From assembly GCA_028534125.1 (NCBI GenBank), contig CM052830.1, forward strand, positions 23,994,001 to 24,058,000: a stretch of DNA of 64,000 nucleotides, in the 5' to 3' direction. The position numbers and the translations under genes were made by a program. The stretch comes from Lama glama. Taxonomy: Eukaryota. Positions 11,278 to 23,360 of the stretch are shown one piece after another; the stretch's first letter is position 1, and each line of letters opens with the position of its first letter. The notes beneath the pieces are model-generated. The model searched no databases, was not told the origin of the DNA, and saw only the letters and a list, made by a program, of their open reading frames with translations.

Positions 11278-11825
11278 TGTGGGGAAGACCCCGATGTCGC
11301 CCTAATAGCCCCTACCCCGGCTGAAGCTGTGACTCGCTCCTGACCAGCAGACAGTGGTGAAGGTGATGGGCTGTCACTGTCACGATCTGGTTACGTTGTG
11401 CGGCGAGGGTGAGAGGCTGGCGATCTCACGATGACGTTGCTTTACAGCCAACTCTGCTGGCAGGTGGGAGTGAGCGGCCTCCTCGCCTGCCTGATGAAGT
11501 TAGCAGCCATGCTGAGGAAGCCCAGATGGCAAGCAACTGCGGGTGGGCAGGTGCAGGACGGCCTCCAGCTCCCAGCTAGTGAGGAGCAGGGCCCTTGGTC
11601 TTACAGCCACAACCCGAGTGAGCTTGGAAGTGGGCCCTTCTCCAGCGGGGTCTCCCGACAGGAACAGAACCCAGCCAAGGCCCCGATGGTGGCTTGATGA
11701 GGTCTGGTGCCGAGGACCAGCCAGGCCGTGCCTGGTGTCCTGACCCACAAGAGCTGCGAGATGATGGATGTGTGTCTCACGTTAAGTTGCTGCGTTTGTG
11801 CTGCCTGGCTGCCCAGCAATGAACA
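11278..11825 (+). mobile_element. MaLR solo LTR (MLT1G/H-like)
   Basis: TG...CA ends, with the internal MLT1 motifs tgatgaagttagcagccatgctg, gtgagcttggaagtgg and tcctgacccacaagagctgcgagatgatggatgtgtgt. Confidence 0.75.
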
Positions 11826-12469
11826 AGCTGTCAGGAGAGCATTCTTGAAGACGCATCCTTTGGGGTCTGGAAGTCCCGCGCTGTCTTGGGGAAATTCATT
11901 TTCACTCCAATCAGCTGATGCATTGGCAAGAGATTTTTGGCAGCCAACTCAAAGCAAGACTCCAGAGTGAAAGTGCGGTCAGGCCCGGGGGGAGAGAGAC
12001 TGAGAAAGATGAGACGCCCCAGGCAGACGGGGAGCAGGAAGGCGCCGGGCCTGCCGTCAGGCTCTGCACTCCAGCCTCGCAGATGGCTTGCTGGCAGGCT
12101 TCGGGCAAAGTAGCTCCCGTCTGAGCCTCCATGACCTCACCCACAATCCAAGGGCACGAGCGGCTGCAGCCCCACAGCTCCCCTGGCTCTGGCGCTCGGA
12201 GTGGCCGGTGGTTCGGTTTCTCCCAGGAGCTCCACGGCTCAGAGCGTACCCGGGCTTCCGCGTGTTCAGCCATTCAGTCATTCTAAGGACTGCTACCCGT
12301 GTAAAGCGCATCTTTACCAACGCTGTTCAAAGAGAGAGAGACACAGAAGGAGCTAGGGGAGGGGGGCAGGAAGCGGTGCCTGCACCCCAGGTGGAAGCTC
12401 ACGTCTGCCCGGAGAGCTTGCCTTTCCCGTGTGGAATATATTCCGTGTGCTCAGGGTGGGGCTCCGCGG

Positions 12470-12865
12470 GCCCCCTCCTCCGACCTCCGGGACAGTCCCA
12501 TAGCCCAGGTTTGGCCAACCAGACCACCTCAAGTCACTGGCCACTGTGGCTGGTTCAAACCTGAGCATGAGTGCCAAGTGGGACGTGTCAGGACTTCTAA
12601 CAGGACTTTGCTGACAGAGCTGGTGGGAAAGAGTCTCTTGCTGCCGGGGCTGCTAAGCTCACAGGATGTCGGTGTGGGGCGGCTGGGGGCTGCCTTGTGG
12701 AGCAAACTGCTCAGATCTGGAAAAGGGGGGCCTGGGAACACTGCGCCCCTGCATCCAGCCGTGTCTGAAGCCACCATCTGCCCTGACTCGACCTGATAAA
12801 TTGTCTTTTTATTTAAAGCAGTTTGGGTTGGGTTTCTGCCACTTGAAACCGAAAGCATCTTAACG
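12470..12865 (+). mobile_element. MaLR LTR (MLT1K/L-like)
   Basis: ggccactgtggctggttc...cctgcatccagccgtgtctgaagcca...tttaaagcagtttgggttgggtttctgccacttgaaaccgaaagcatcttaac matches the MLT1K/L 3' end. Confidence 0.7.
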
Positions 12866-14350
12866 GATGTCGATAGTTATTCCAACTGAGCATATAATTT
12901 AGCTCTGGGTCTTCTGGAAGCCAAAGCAAACAGGGGGCCACGTTCCATCACAGAGTCTCCTTCTCTGATGTCATGACCCACCGTGCCAAGAAAGAGCCTT
13001 TGCTCGGGCGCTCGGGCCCCTCTCTCAGGGCCGCTCCCATTGGCGGCCCAGATTGCATCTTCCACAGCTGTTTCAGAAATGACGCAGAAACGTCCCTCAT
13101 GTGGCTGGCTGCCTTGGGGCTGAATCTCGACCAGAGCTCAGCCGCAAAACCCAGCAGCAGTCAGTGCTCACAAAGACCTCCTAGGCTGTCACCCAGAGAG
13201 GCGCGGGGTCTGGCCACTCGCTGCCCCGGCCCCTCTTCCCAGAGCACCCCCAGGAGCATCTCCTCCGACTGCCGTCCTGAGGTTTGACTGCAATCCGTCA
13301 GTTCCTTGGTTGGAAGGTTGGTGTTTCCTTGCAAGGGACCACGAAGCCATATTACACTCGGAGTTAAATAAACAAATGTCTGAATCTGTGTTTTGTTGGT
13401 CCCATACCATCCGCCATCTGGTCTGGGGGAGCAAGGAAACCTGTGGCTTTGTTGGTTTGGGGTGTGTGTGTTGTTGTTGGGTTTTCGGTCTTTTTTCCCC
13501 TTTTCCCTGTGCAAATTCTCTGAGGTTGAGCGCTGGCAGCAGTGCGGGCTGGTTAAAAGCCACCTCGTTTCCCACGTCTTAACTCACAGCTGAATGTTGG
13601 AGGCTGGTCTGGGCCCCCATCTGCTAAGCAGCCTGTTGTGTGAAAGGAGAGCTGTGCATGTGCAAAGCCGGGCTTCCAAGATGTAAAGCACTGCTGTGAG
13701 CAAACCACAAGAGGGGCTTCCTGGGTGTTGACAGCCTGCACCCAGACCGAAGGCCGGAGCGGGGTGTGTGGAAAGGGAGCAGGGGAGGCCTGGGGTCTGG
13801 GCACCCCGGGGCCGGCTGGAGCAGCGGCCCCACCTCCGAGGCCCGGGATGCTGGCGACCTTGAGCCTGTAATGACTTGAAGGAGAAAATATGTCCCAGAC
13901 ACTGAGTGGGAAGGACGCCCCGGCCTGCCTGGAATCTTTAATCTGGAAAGTGCAGTGGTTGGGGGTGGGGGCACACATTCCACGGTGCGGGTGGGGGAGG
14001 GCCCACGTCTCCGCCTCTCCTGTTGGCCCAGCTGCTTTTGGTCAACGGAGCCTGGAGCTGCTTAGAAGGGGGCGGAGGGGGGTTGGCTGGGGAGCACTCT
14101 GAGTTTCAATTTTCACGACTTTTAAACCAGGACTTCAGCTTCCCCATCTGTAAAATGCAGGCTTGTGGCTGGGTCACAAACGCCCAGGCCACAGGCCAAG
14201 CAGGTGACGAGAGTGAGCAAGGCTGGCTGCGGTCGGGGGAACAGGGCAAGTCGGCTGAGGGGCACGGAGGCTCAACCGACAGTGGCGGGGGACCTGCAGG
14301 AGCCCAGCCCGGGGGCCAGACCTCCCTCCTCAGGAAAGGCCAGTTTTGTG

Positions 14351-14479
14351 TTTTTTTTTTTTTTAATTTTTGTGGGGAGGTAATCAGGCTTTTATTTTTT
14401 ACCAGCAACATTGAGGCCTGAACCCAAGACCTCGTGCACGCTAAGCACGTCCTCCACCACTGAGCTGTATCCTTCCCCC
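14351..14479 (-). mobile_element. tRNA-derived SINE, camelid Vic-1-like (second copy)
   Basis: The reverse complement reads ggggaaggatacagctcagtggtggaggacgtgcttagcgtgcacgaggtcttgggttc...aaaaaataaagcctgattacctcccc plus poly-A, homologous to the copy at 3362. Confidence 0.85.
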
Positions 14480-17400
14480 AGGTTTTTTATGTGAAAACAC
14501 CCAGTGTTTCAATGCTGACAGCTATTGCAATTATTGAGAAAAAAATTTGAGCCCACAGAAGGCCCCCAGATCTCCAGTTGGTGACGCCTGTGGAAGAACT
14601 CCAGGAGAGAGCCATTGGGAAAAGCCAGGGGTGAGGACCGGCCCCTCCCGTGATGAGGGACAGGAAGGCCAGTCCAGGCACGGGGTCCGGCTCTCACCTG
14701 CATCGGCCTCAGGCAACATGGAGGAGCTCTGGCTCCTCCAGGCTTGGTCGCGGGGCGCGGGGAAGGGCCCTCCCTAAGGTGCCCTCCCTCGCTCCCTCCT
14801 CCCACCCTCAGTCCCCGGCGGGTGATTCCAGGGGTGCCCCAGCCGTACAGTGGCACAGTGAGTGTCCCAGGCGCTCGGACTCTGAGCTCCCCTGCTCTGT
14901 CTGCTGTGCACTGCGCTGTCGGGAAAGAAGCAACCCCTGCCGTGTGCACACATGACGTCCCTGCTGTGCACACCCTCTGGGTCCCGCAGGCTGGCCCCCT
15001 CCCAGCCACCCCCAGACAGTATCACGAGTTAGCAGTGAGCAACCTGCACAAGGTGAGACCCAGCCACTTAACCCCTTGCGAGGACGTCACCTCCCCCGGC
15101 ACAACGCGGAGCCGGCCTTCTGCCTCCGAAGCCAAGGAGCTTCTGGTCTGTTTTTTCCGGTTTTTGTTACTGTTTTCTAAGTGAGGTGTGACAAGGTCCT
15201 AGGTTCAGTTGACATCCTCAATAAAGAAACACAATTCAGATTTTTTTCGGTGACAAAATCTGCATGTTTGTATTTCAAATAATGTAGACAAAACAAGGCA
15301 AATGCCTCCTTTTTTTCTTTCTTGGCTGAATGAGCATCATTCAGTAAGAAATCTTTATACTGTGTGTTCCGTGTGTTAAGAATACATGTATGTTAACTCC
15401 TGATAAATGTTAACACACACACACAGAGCAGGCAGGGGCCTGGCCTCCCGCTGGCCGCCATCTTGCTGCGCGGTCTCGGTGAGTCAGACTCCTCTGAGCC
15501 TCACTGGCCCCAACTGCCAACTGGATGGGGGTCAGCAGGCCCCTCCTTCTCCCTGCAGAGCGAGCACGTGGGGTGGGGAGCGGGCGGAGGGGAGGCAAGC
15601 ATGTTAAGAACTCCATCACCAAAACACCACAGCAAGCAGACTCAAGGGCACGTAGGCAGAAAAGGCAGACAGACCTGAAGTCCACTTCTGGAAGCAAGAA
15701 GAGCCTGTGAGATCAGGGGCCAGGGGTAGGCCCCACCGTCTCTGGGTCCCAGGAGCCTGGCGTGACACCTGCCCAGGCTGTACCCAGTCACTGTGGAAGT
15801 GACTCAGGTGAGGGTCTGCTGGAATGGCTCGACTGGGCTCTTCACAGCCCTTCCGCGCCCTCGAGCCCGGGACCAGCCTTCGAGGGAGAGTGAGGTAGAC
15901 ACTGTCCTTCTCCAGACAGAACCGGGAGCTGAGGCCCGGCCAGGTGAGAAGGCGGGGCAGCAGTGAGTTGGTGGGGAACCAAGCCTAGCTCCCAGGTCCC
16001 CTGCCTCCAGAACAATGCTCCTTTCTGAGCAGTGGCTCCCGGGGCCTCTCAACGCTTTCCTGGGGCAAATGGCCTGGAGGTGAAAAGTGTTCCCTGAAAG
16101 ACCTAGGGAGCGCTTTAAAGAGTAACTAACTAGCCGATTTGGTGTTAAATCAGACCCGGACTTACACCAGATTCCAACACAGAGGCAGGACCAGGCATCG
16201 AAGTTTTAAGAAAATCTGTGGGAGACAAAATTAAAGTGCAGGGAATTCGACTGCTCACGGAATTTCGTCCTATTCTCTGCCTTGCAGCATTGTGTGATTT
16301 TTCCAAGGGTAACACCCTCGCCCAGCTCTTACAAGAGGTGCACCCCATCGGCGCTCGCTGTGACCCGCCCGGGTCCCGGGACTTCCTGGCGGGCGGGCGG
16401 GCTGGGCCCCTCAGGCGGACTCGAGCCCTGGGGCCGGGGAGAGGCGAGCGCTGACACGCGCTCGCAGGCAGCACACGCACCGAAGAGAGGAACCCGCAGT
16501 CGGTCTGGGCTGGCCCCAAGCTGAGGAAGAAACTTCGAAGAGTGACTGCCCGTGTCAGTAAATCAAGACGTGGGATGCAAGCCACTTCCCCCGCCAGCGC
16601 TGTGTGAGGAACAGCAGGTGCCTGCAGCCCTGGGAGGGAGCAGCCCCCATCGCCCTTTTGCGGATGTAAAACCCACTCAGACGCCAAGGGGCTTACCAAG
16701 GGTCCAGCTAGTGAGAAGCAGGGCTGGAGAGGCACCCAGGTCTACCGCCCCACCACCGCCGTGGACCCCACCCTCCAAGGACCCTGGACGCTGAGGTCTG
16801 CAGACCCTGGCCCTCGGGGGGTCCAGGCTGCCGGCCGCTTCCCGCGCTTCCATCTGCCCCGTCAACTCCAGCCGAGCGTCTGGGACGGGCCCCACACACT
16901 TCCGGGGCTCCTTTCCCCAGAAGGAGGTTCTGCACCGTCCTCTGAGAGCCATGGCCTTCATCTAGACACCCTCTCGGGGGCTCAAACTGAATCACAGGGC
17001 CCAGACCACGTTTCAGAAAACACCCCACAGGATCTTCGACCACCAGCAATGAGACCTCCTCATGCAGAAGGCTCTTCCCTCGTGGAAGCCCCGCCCCCCG
17101 CTCCCCGCTCTCCCAGGTGGGAAGGCAGCAGCCTTAGCCCCCGGGGCCGCCGCACTGAAGTCACTGAGCCCTCTTCAATCTGATCCCCTGCGGGGGTCAT
17201 TTAGCCTCTATCGGCCAGCTCCTGCCACAGGGAGCTCACTGCCTCCCAGGTAAGCCCTCACGATTCAGACCACACTAGGCACTGGGCGTGCTTCCTCCCG
17301 CGAGCGGCGTCTGCCTCCCTGCTCGTGAGGACCCACGGTTCTCATCTACTGAGACTCACAGGAGAAGGCAAACAGCTCCTCAAATTCGCAGCCACAACTT

Positions 17401-19619
17401 GCAGCAAAGGCAGCAATTTCTAACCTCGGTGGGACCCCAATCTCTGCGTGCTGGGGCAGTCACTTCTGCTCTCTTCGGTCTCCACGTCTCACCTGCAAGC
17501 TGGGGAAGGCTGGACAGAGCGAGCCGACTCCCCTTCCAGGTTTGTCCTTGCGCTCCTGCCAGCGGGGACCTGGCGAGGACCCGAGGCCTGTGAGAGCCAG
17601 CAGCCTGGAGACCAGAAACAGAGTCTGTCTCCGCTGTGTGACTTCCACCCATGGAGACAAGAGAGCATCGCAAAGACATGAGCACAACCTGAGCGAGGAG
17701 GCCCACTCGCCGCAGCCGAGGGGGGCACAGCTGGCTGGGGTCCAACACGTTTCCACGGAGAAGGAGAGCTGGTAGCAGGAAGGCGTCCCGGGGGGGCAGG
17801 AGGAGCTGGAACCGAGACGTCGGAGACAAGGGTGCCGGGCCCAGCCCGGTCGCCGACTAGCCAGCTGATCTTCGCATGTGGCTTTGACCTCCGGCTCCTG
17901 GGTTCCTTCCTCTGCTAAATGAGAGACATTGGAGCAGCTAATCCCCGAGCTCAAGGAGTCAGAGACTCAGTGGAAAACATGGAAGTGAGCCGAGAAAACA
18001 GCCTGGAGTTTGGTCCGTTTCAGGAACGCCCTCCTCGAGGCTGGCGGGCACGTGGCACCACACAGACGTGGACGAAGCACTGGGAAGGGGGACACCACAT
18101 GTCTGTCATCACAGAGGCCTGGTGCCAGCCCAGGGAGGCCCCTCCCGGGGAGGGGAGGGCACGAGGGCTAGTGCGGCAGAAGCCAAGGCTGGACTCGGGT
18201 CTGGGGTCCACCACGGCCAACCAGGAGCCTTAGGCACATCCCGTAACCTCTCCAAGCCTCGCCCTTAGCTCGAGGAGCGGTCCCTCCTCCTGCGTGGAGT
18301 TGCTGTGAGGCCGAAAAGGCTCACGAGCCTGGCGCACGGGAGGAGCCGGGCTGCAGGCTGCGGAGGTCGAAGCTGACCACGCGTGCACCTGCCTGGAAGG
18401 CATCAGCCTTAGTGATGTCCTGGACTCTTTCAGTCTTGGGCAGCCTGGAAGGACCTTGATCCTACATCTGGCTCAGAAACACACTGATCTCTCTCTCTCT
18501 GCCCCTCTCTTTCTCAGACACACACGCAATAAATGACAGCGAAACCGCCGTCAGCGGGGTGTCCCCAGGCATAGGAAAATGTGCAGAGCAAGCACCTGAT
18601 GCAATGAATCAAACTGTGGGGTCCAAATCCGAGCCAGGGTCCAACTTCCCGCTCCAGCCGCGTCTGAGCCTGGGCCGGGCTCTCTGTTCCTGCAGCCAGC
18701 AATACCAGCGGGTGGTTCTGGCCAACGACTCGGGCCACTCGAAGGTAGCTGACCTCTTCTTGGGAGCTTGGGAGTGCCCAGAGCGGAAGGGAGAGAGAAC
18801 CAGACTGCTGGCCATGGGATGTTTAGCTCAGCTGAGCCAAGGGGATGGCTATCAAACCTGGCTGTGGCAAGTCGCTGCGACTCGCAGAGCATGAGTGAGG
18901 GAAGGGACCGTGGAACACGGAGGTGTGAACAGAGATCCCCAAGGCGGCGGGTGGAGACTCCAGCTCTCAGTACGCCTCGGCTCCTGGTTGCTGGGTGACT
19001 CGGGCAAGTGGCCTCGGCTTTACCAGAGGAAGCAGGCGGCTGAGGTTGCCAGGGAGCCTTTTCGCTGAATTTCTCTCCCGAGGTTGAGCTAGCCTGCTTC
19101 CCACTGGGCTTCCATTCGTTCCAAGAGTGCAGTTAACTGAGTGTTGATGGCGCTCGTGCTGGGCGCTGGTCGGGCCAAGGAGAAAGACATGGCTCCTGTT
19201 TTACGGCTGCCAAAGGGCTCTCAGTCTTATGAAGGGAAGCATATATTGAATCAAATACATATAACACAAGACAACACGCACCATGGTAGTAGCCCATCCT
19301 CCCGGGAGGTCTGGGGAAGGGTCCACAGAGCAGAGGGTCACCTGCGTGAGAGCCTGAGGAACGAGTGAGTACTTTCCAAAATACTGAAGGCAGAGGGCAC
19401 AATAGAAGCCTGGTCAGAGGGTGTAGGGTCAGTGGGTATGCACTGGAGGGTGGAGGGACCCAGGCCAGAAAGACAAGCTGGGGACAGCGTGAGCACTCAG
19501 GAAAGGCAGCCAGAGAGCCTCCTCTGCGCTGCGGGTGACGGGGGCCGGTGAAGGTTTCTGGCAGATCTGTGTCTTAGGGCCGTTTGGTTTGGCACCAGCG
19601 TACGCCTCCCAGATGAAGA

Positions 19620-19690
19620 CACCACAGCCCCCAGGCCAAATCTGGCCCCCAGCTTGGCTTTTTATGGCCTGTGAACTTAAAAATATTTTA
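19620..19690. mobile_element. MER58-like terminal fragment
   Basis: cagcccccaggccaaatctggccc...tttttatggcctgtgaacttaa. Confidence 0.5.
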
Positions 19691-19691
19691 T

Positions 19692-20127
19692 AATTTTTTA
19701 CCATAGCTTTATGGAGATAGAATTCGCATCCCATACAATTCACTCATTGCCAGTTTGCCTTTCGATGGCTCGGCGCGCTCAGCGCTGGGCAACCACGACC
19801 ACTGTCAATTTTAGAACAGCTTCCTCTCTTCAAGAAGAAACCCTGTTCCCTTTAGCTGTCTCTCCCTCTTCTCCCCAGTCATCCCCAGCCCTACTTTCTG
19901 TCTCCAGGGATTTGCCTGTTCTGGGGATGTCGTGCACGTGGAATCTATGATCCATGGTGTTTAGTATCTGACTTCTCTCACTTACCACAGCGTTTCCGAG
20001 CGCCGCCGGGCTACGGCGCAGAGCAGAACTGCGCTGCTTTCCACGGCTGAATAACATTCCACTGGATGATGCACCACATTTTGCTCATCTATTCATCAGT
20101 CAATGGACCTTTGTGTCGTCTCCACCA
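19692..20127 (-). mobile_element. L1MB-type LINE-1 3' end
   Basis: agctttatggagatagaattc...caattttagaaca...ctactttctgtctc...gatttgcctgttctgg...ggctgaataacattccactg...ccacattttgctcatctattcatcagtcaatggac. Confidence 0.85.
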
Positions 20128-21004
20128 AGGAGGACCGTGCACCGTGGATGTGTGTGGCTCCCCAAGTCTGAGAAGCTGCGCCAGCCCTGCACAGACCGAT
20201 GCAGAGCCTGGGGAGCAGGGAGGCAGGGTGGGGCTCTGACAGGTCCCAAGTGAGAGGCGATGGTGGCCTCGACTAGGGGAAAGGAAACCGATTTGGGGTC
20301 ATCAAGTCAGCTGGACTTGGCAACAGATCGGATGTTTGGTTGAGGAAAATCCATTTACCATAAAGAAACTGAAAGTCAGGAAGTGGGTTGAGCTGTCTGT
20401 GGTGAAGTCACTGGCTGATGGCAAAGCTCCGCCACGAATCCAGCTCCCCTCCTGCCCACAACACCTAGACGTGTGCGCTTTCTGATCATGGCTAACGGGG
20501 AAGCCGCCTGAGCTGGCAGCCTTGGCCTTGCTGGGTGAGGCTCCCAGCACTGAGCTAGCCAGCCACAGGCATGCGTCGCACACTGGCGTGGTACCTGGTG
20601 ACGGGCTGGCGCTGTGCCCCGGAGCCACCTGGAGTGTGAGCGCCTCATGCATCCCTCAAAACGCCTCCCCAGGTGTCTCTGATCAAACACCTGCCTCCGG
20701 GCCGCATGGATCCATCCCTCCCTCCTGTGCTGTCTTCCTCGACCCCTCCCAGTCCTCCCTCCAAGCCTGTCAACTGTGCTGCGCTGGTTGCTGGGCAGAG
20801 GCACAGTCCTGCTCAGGTGCAAAGCGGAAGCGGCCACGGTGCCCCTACCAAGCTGGCCTGGGAGAGCAGGAGCCGCGGGTGCCAAGCTCCTCGGGGGCCA
20901 GGCCAGTCCCCCGGGTACCAAATGAGCGAAGACAAGGTGTCTCCTCTGCAGTACTTGTCTCCTATAACGGTGCCTTCCAATCTCCTTCAGCTCCTCTGGT
21001 TTCA

Positions 21005-21410
21005 AAGGAATCTGAAGTCTGGCTTGGCCCTGAAGGCTCTTCCCCGCAGGACCTCAGCATACCTCTTCAGCCAGACCTCTCCCATTCCCCGTCTACACTC
21101 GCTGCTTCCCATACCTCCTTGTTCTCAAACTCGCCACGCCTCTCCCACCTCTGAGCCTCCCCCGGGATCCTCCTTCTCCCAGCGTTGTCCTTCTCCACTC
21201 CCATCTGCAGTCAGAAAACTCCTGTTTATCCTTCAAAACCCATTCAAATATTCTGCATCCGGACAGTCCCTGCCTCTAGCTCTGTTCACAACGCTGGCCA
21301 CCTGCATTGTGACAGTCCTTCCTTGTGTCTTTCTCCCCCACTAGCCTGTGCCTTTTGTCTGTCTGCTGGCCCATGGTCGGTGCCCGCTAAATATTTGCTG
21401 AGTGACCGAC
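21005..21410 (+). mobile_element. LINE-2 3' portion
   Basis: aactcctgtttatccttcaaaaccc and the terminal gctaaatatttgctgagtga match the L2 3' end. Confidence 0.7.
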
Positions 21411-22867
21411 CAAGTGATGGAGACGGCAAACGTTCGTTCCCCTTGGACTTTGGTTTCAAGGGGACTTTCGTCCTCAAAGCCCCTCAGGCTGCTTCAGAGG
21501 AAGCTGCTCCCAGCCTCGCTGCTTTCTCTTCTATTGATCCTGGGATTTATGGCCCCGTTGTCTCCTTTTATTAGGCTGTAATGGCCTCTGTTAAAACGTG
21601 TTACATGGAAATGGGCTAATTAAGTGTGTCCAGTAAGTCGGCATCCCGCAGAGTGGCCGGCCCTCCGCGGGCAGAGTCCTGGTGCCTCACGGAGGAGGGG
21701 CCGACGGGGGACGGGCGGGGAGAGCTTGTGCCCCTCACCCCTGGCTCTCAGGGCGGCGGCGGCGGCGCTCCCCGCCCCCCGGGTCAGTGGCCCGGCCCTG
21801 TTGCTCTGGGAGCCTCTGGGGCCAGTCTCCGAGTGGCTTTGTTTGCCTGCGAGGTCAGAGTTGAAGCACCCACACCGGGGAGTGCGAGTCCCGCTCCTCG
21901 AGCTAAGACTGGCCTCGGTCCTCACGGAGGGGACAGGGCGCCCGCCCGTCCAGGGGAACGTCCTGCAGCAGGCCTGAGGGCCAGACTCTGCAGGGGTGCC
22001 TGTGCCCCTCTCCCCTCTCTGTCTCCAAGGCAGCCACCGTTCCCAGCGCTCGCAGGCTTGCAGGAGGCCACGCTGGCGGGAGGCACCCCAGGGCAGTGCC
22101 GCCTTTTGAGGGATTTCTGACACGTCCTGCTGGGCTCTTCTGGTCCCGGGGGGATTGAGGATTTGGCGGTACTCTCAGGAGAGGAAAACCCTTGAGGAAT
22201 GGGACAGGAACTCCCGAACTTTCTGGTTTTGCTCCGCCCGAGTGAAACCTCACCGTCTGCTTGGCTGAGTCTAGTCGTCCAGGCCCAGCCACGGTCACTG
22301 CTTTCTCCCCCTGGAACTTCTGCAGATGGACTGTCTCCGGGAGAGTGTCTCAGAGTCTGCAGGTTGGCAGCGGGGGTCTGTGCTCAAAGAAGCCTGGGGA
22401 CACTGTTAACAGAGTTAGACGGGCCTGCTTACTCAGGACTCCTCAGCCCGCGCCGTGGTCACGTGCGCTCTCAGGGAAGGTGTGGCCAGCCCGCCTTCCT
22501 CCTCAGCCTCCCCCACCCCAGTGTCCTGCGTCCGTGGCTTCGCCACGGGACTAGGCGAGGCCGCGGGCACTTCTAGTCCCCACGGGCGCTCAGCTTGGCC
22601 GCGTGACTGACCGTGGCCAGCGGGAGGTGGGCGGCGGGGGGCGTCTCAGGGCTGAAATGGGACCGGGCAGGGCAAGTGCCCACTAGCTTTTCCTCGCTGC
22701 CGTGTTATTGTCCCGGCCATGTCCCCCAGCAGCCACTGGCCCAGAGCGCAGCTGCTGGAGGATCGCACAGCCGAGCTGTGACCCCAGGCGGAGCGGCCCC
22801 GGGCAGCCCTGGGGCTGAGCAGGCGGCCCCGAGGTGCTTTGCCACTTGGCGATCACTGGCTGCGCCG

Positions 22868-23360
22868 GTACCCGTTGCTTCTGTGACAAGTCACCACGCA
22901 CCGAGCGGCTTAAAGCGCCGCCCATTTGTTCCCTCCCAGCTCCGGCGGTCAGAGGCCAACAGCAGTCTCGCTGGGCTGCAGCCAGAGTGTCGGCAGGGCT
23001 GCTCCTCTGCAGACCCAGGGAGAACCCTTGACTCGCCTTGTTCAGCTTCTGGTGGTCCCCTCTGTTCTGCGGCCCCTCCCCCCACCATCACAGCACATCA
23101 CTCCAGCTTCTGCTCCCCTTGCGCAGTCTCTCCTCCCGTTGCCCCTCCCTCCTCCCTCCTCCCTCCCTCCTCCCTCCCTCCTCCCTCCCTCCTCCCTCCT
23201 CCAGGGCCCCTGCTGTGACATCATTCAGCCTCATCTTCCCATCTCAGGGAGCCTACCTTCATCACACCGGCCAAGTCCTTTTGGCCACATGGTGTACCAA
23301 GCATGAGTTCCAGTGGTTAGGAGGTGGACTATTCAGGGCTGCAATTCAGTTTGCTGCACT
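22868..23360 (-). mobile_element. MaLR solo LTR (MLT1C/D-like)
   Basis: ttgcttctgtgacaagtcaccac...ggcttaaa...gtgtcggcagggctg...cagcttctggtgg...atcttcccatctcagg...aagtccttttggcca...gttccagtggttagga. Confidence 0.8.
23142..23202. repeat. Pure pyrimidine (CCCT/CCT)n low-complexity tract
   Basis: About 60 bp containing only C and T, inside the MLT1 LTR. Confidence 0.95.

Noticed and set aside
3362-14479. Inverted pair of Vic-1-like SINEs as a dsRNA or back-splicing driver
   Set aside because: The copies are short, diverged and about 11 kb apart, with no exon identified between them.
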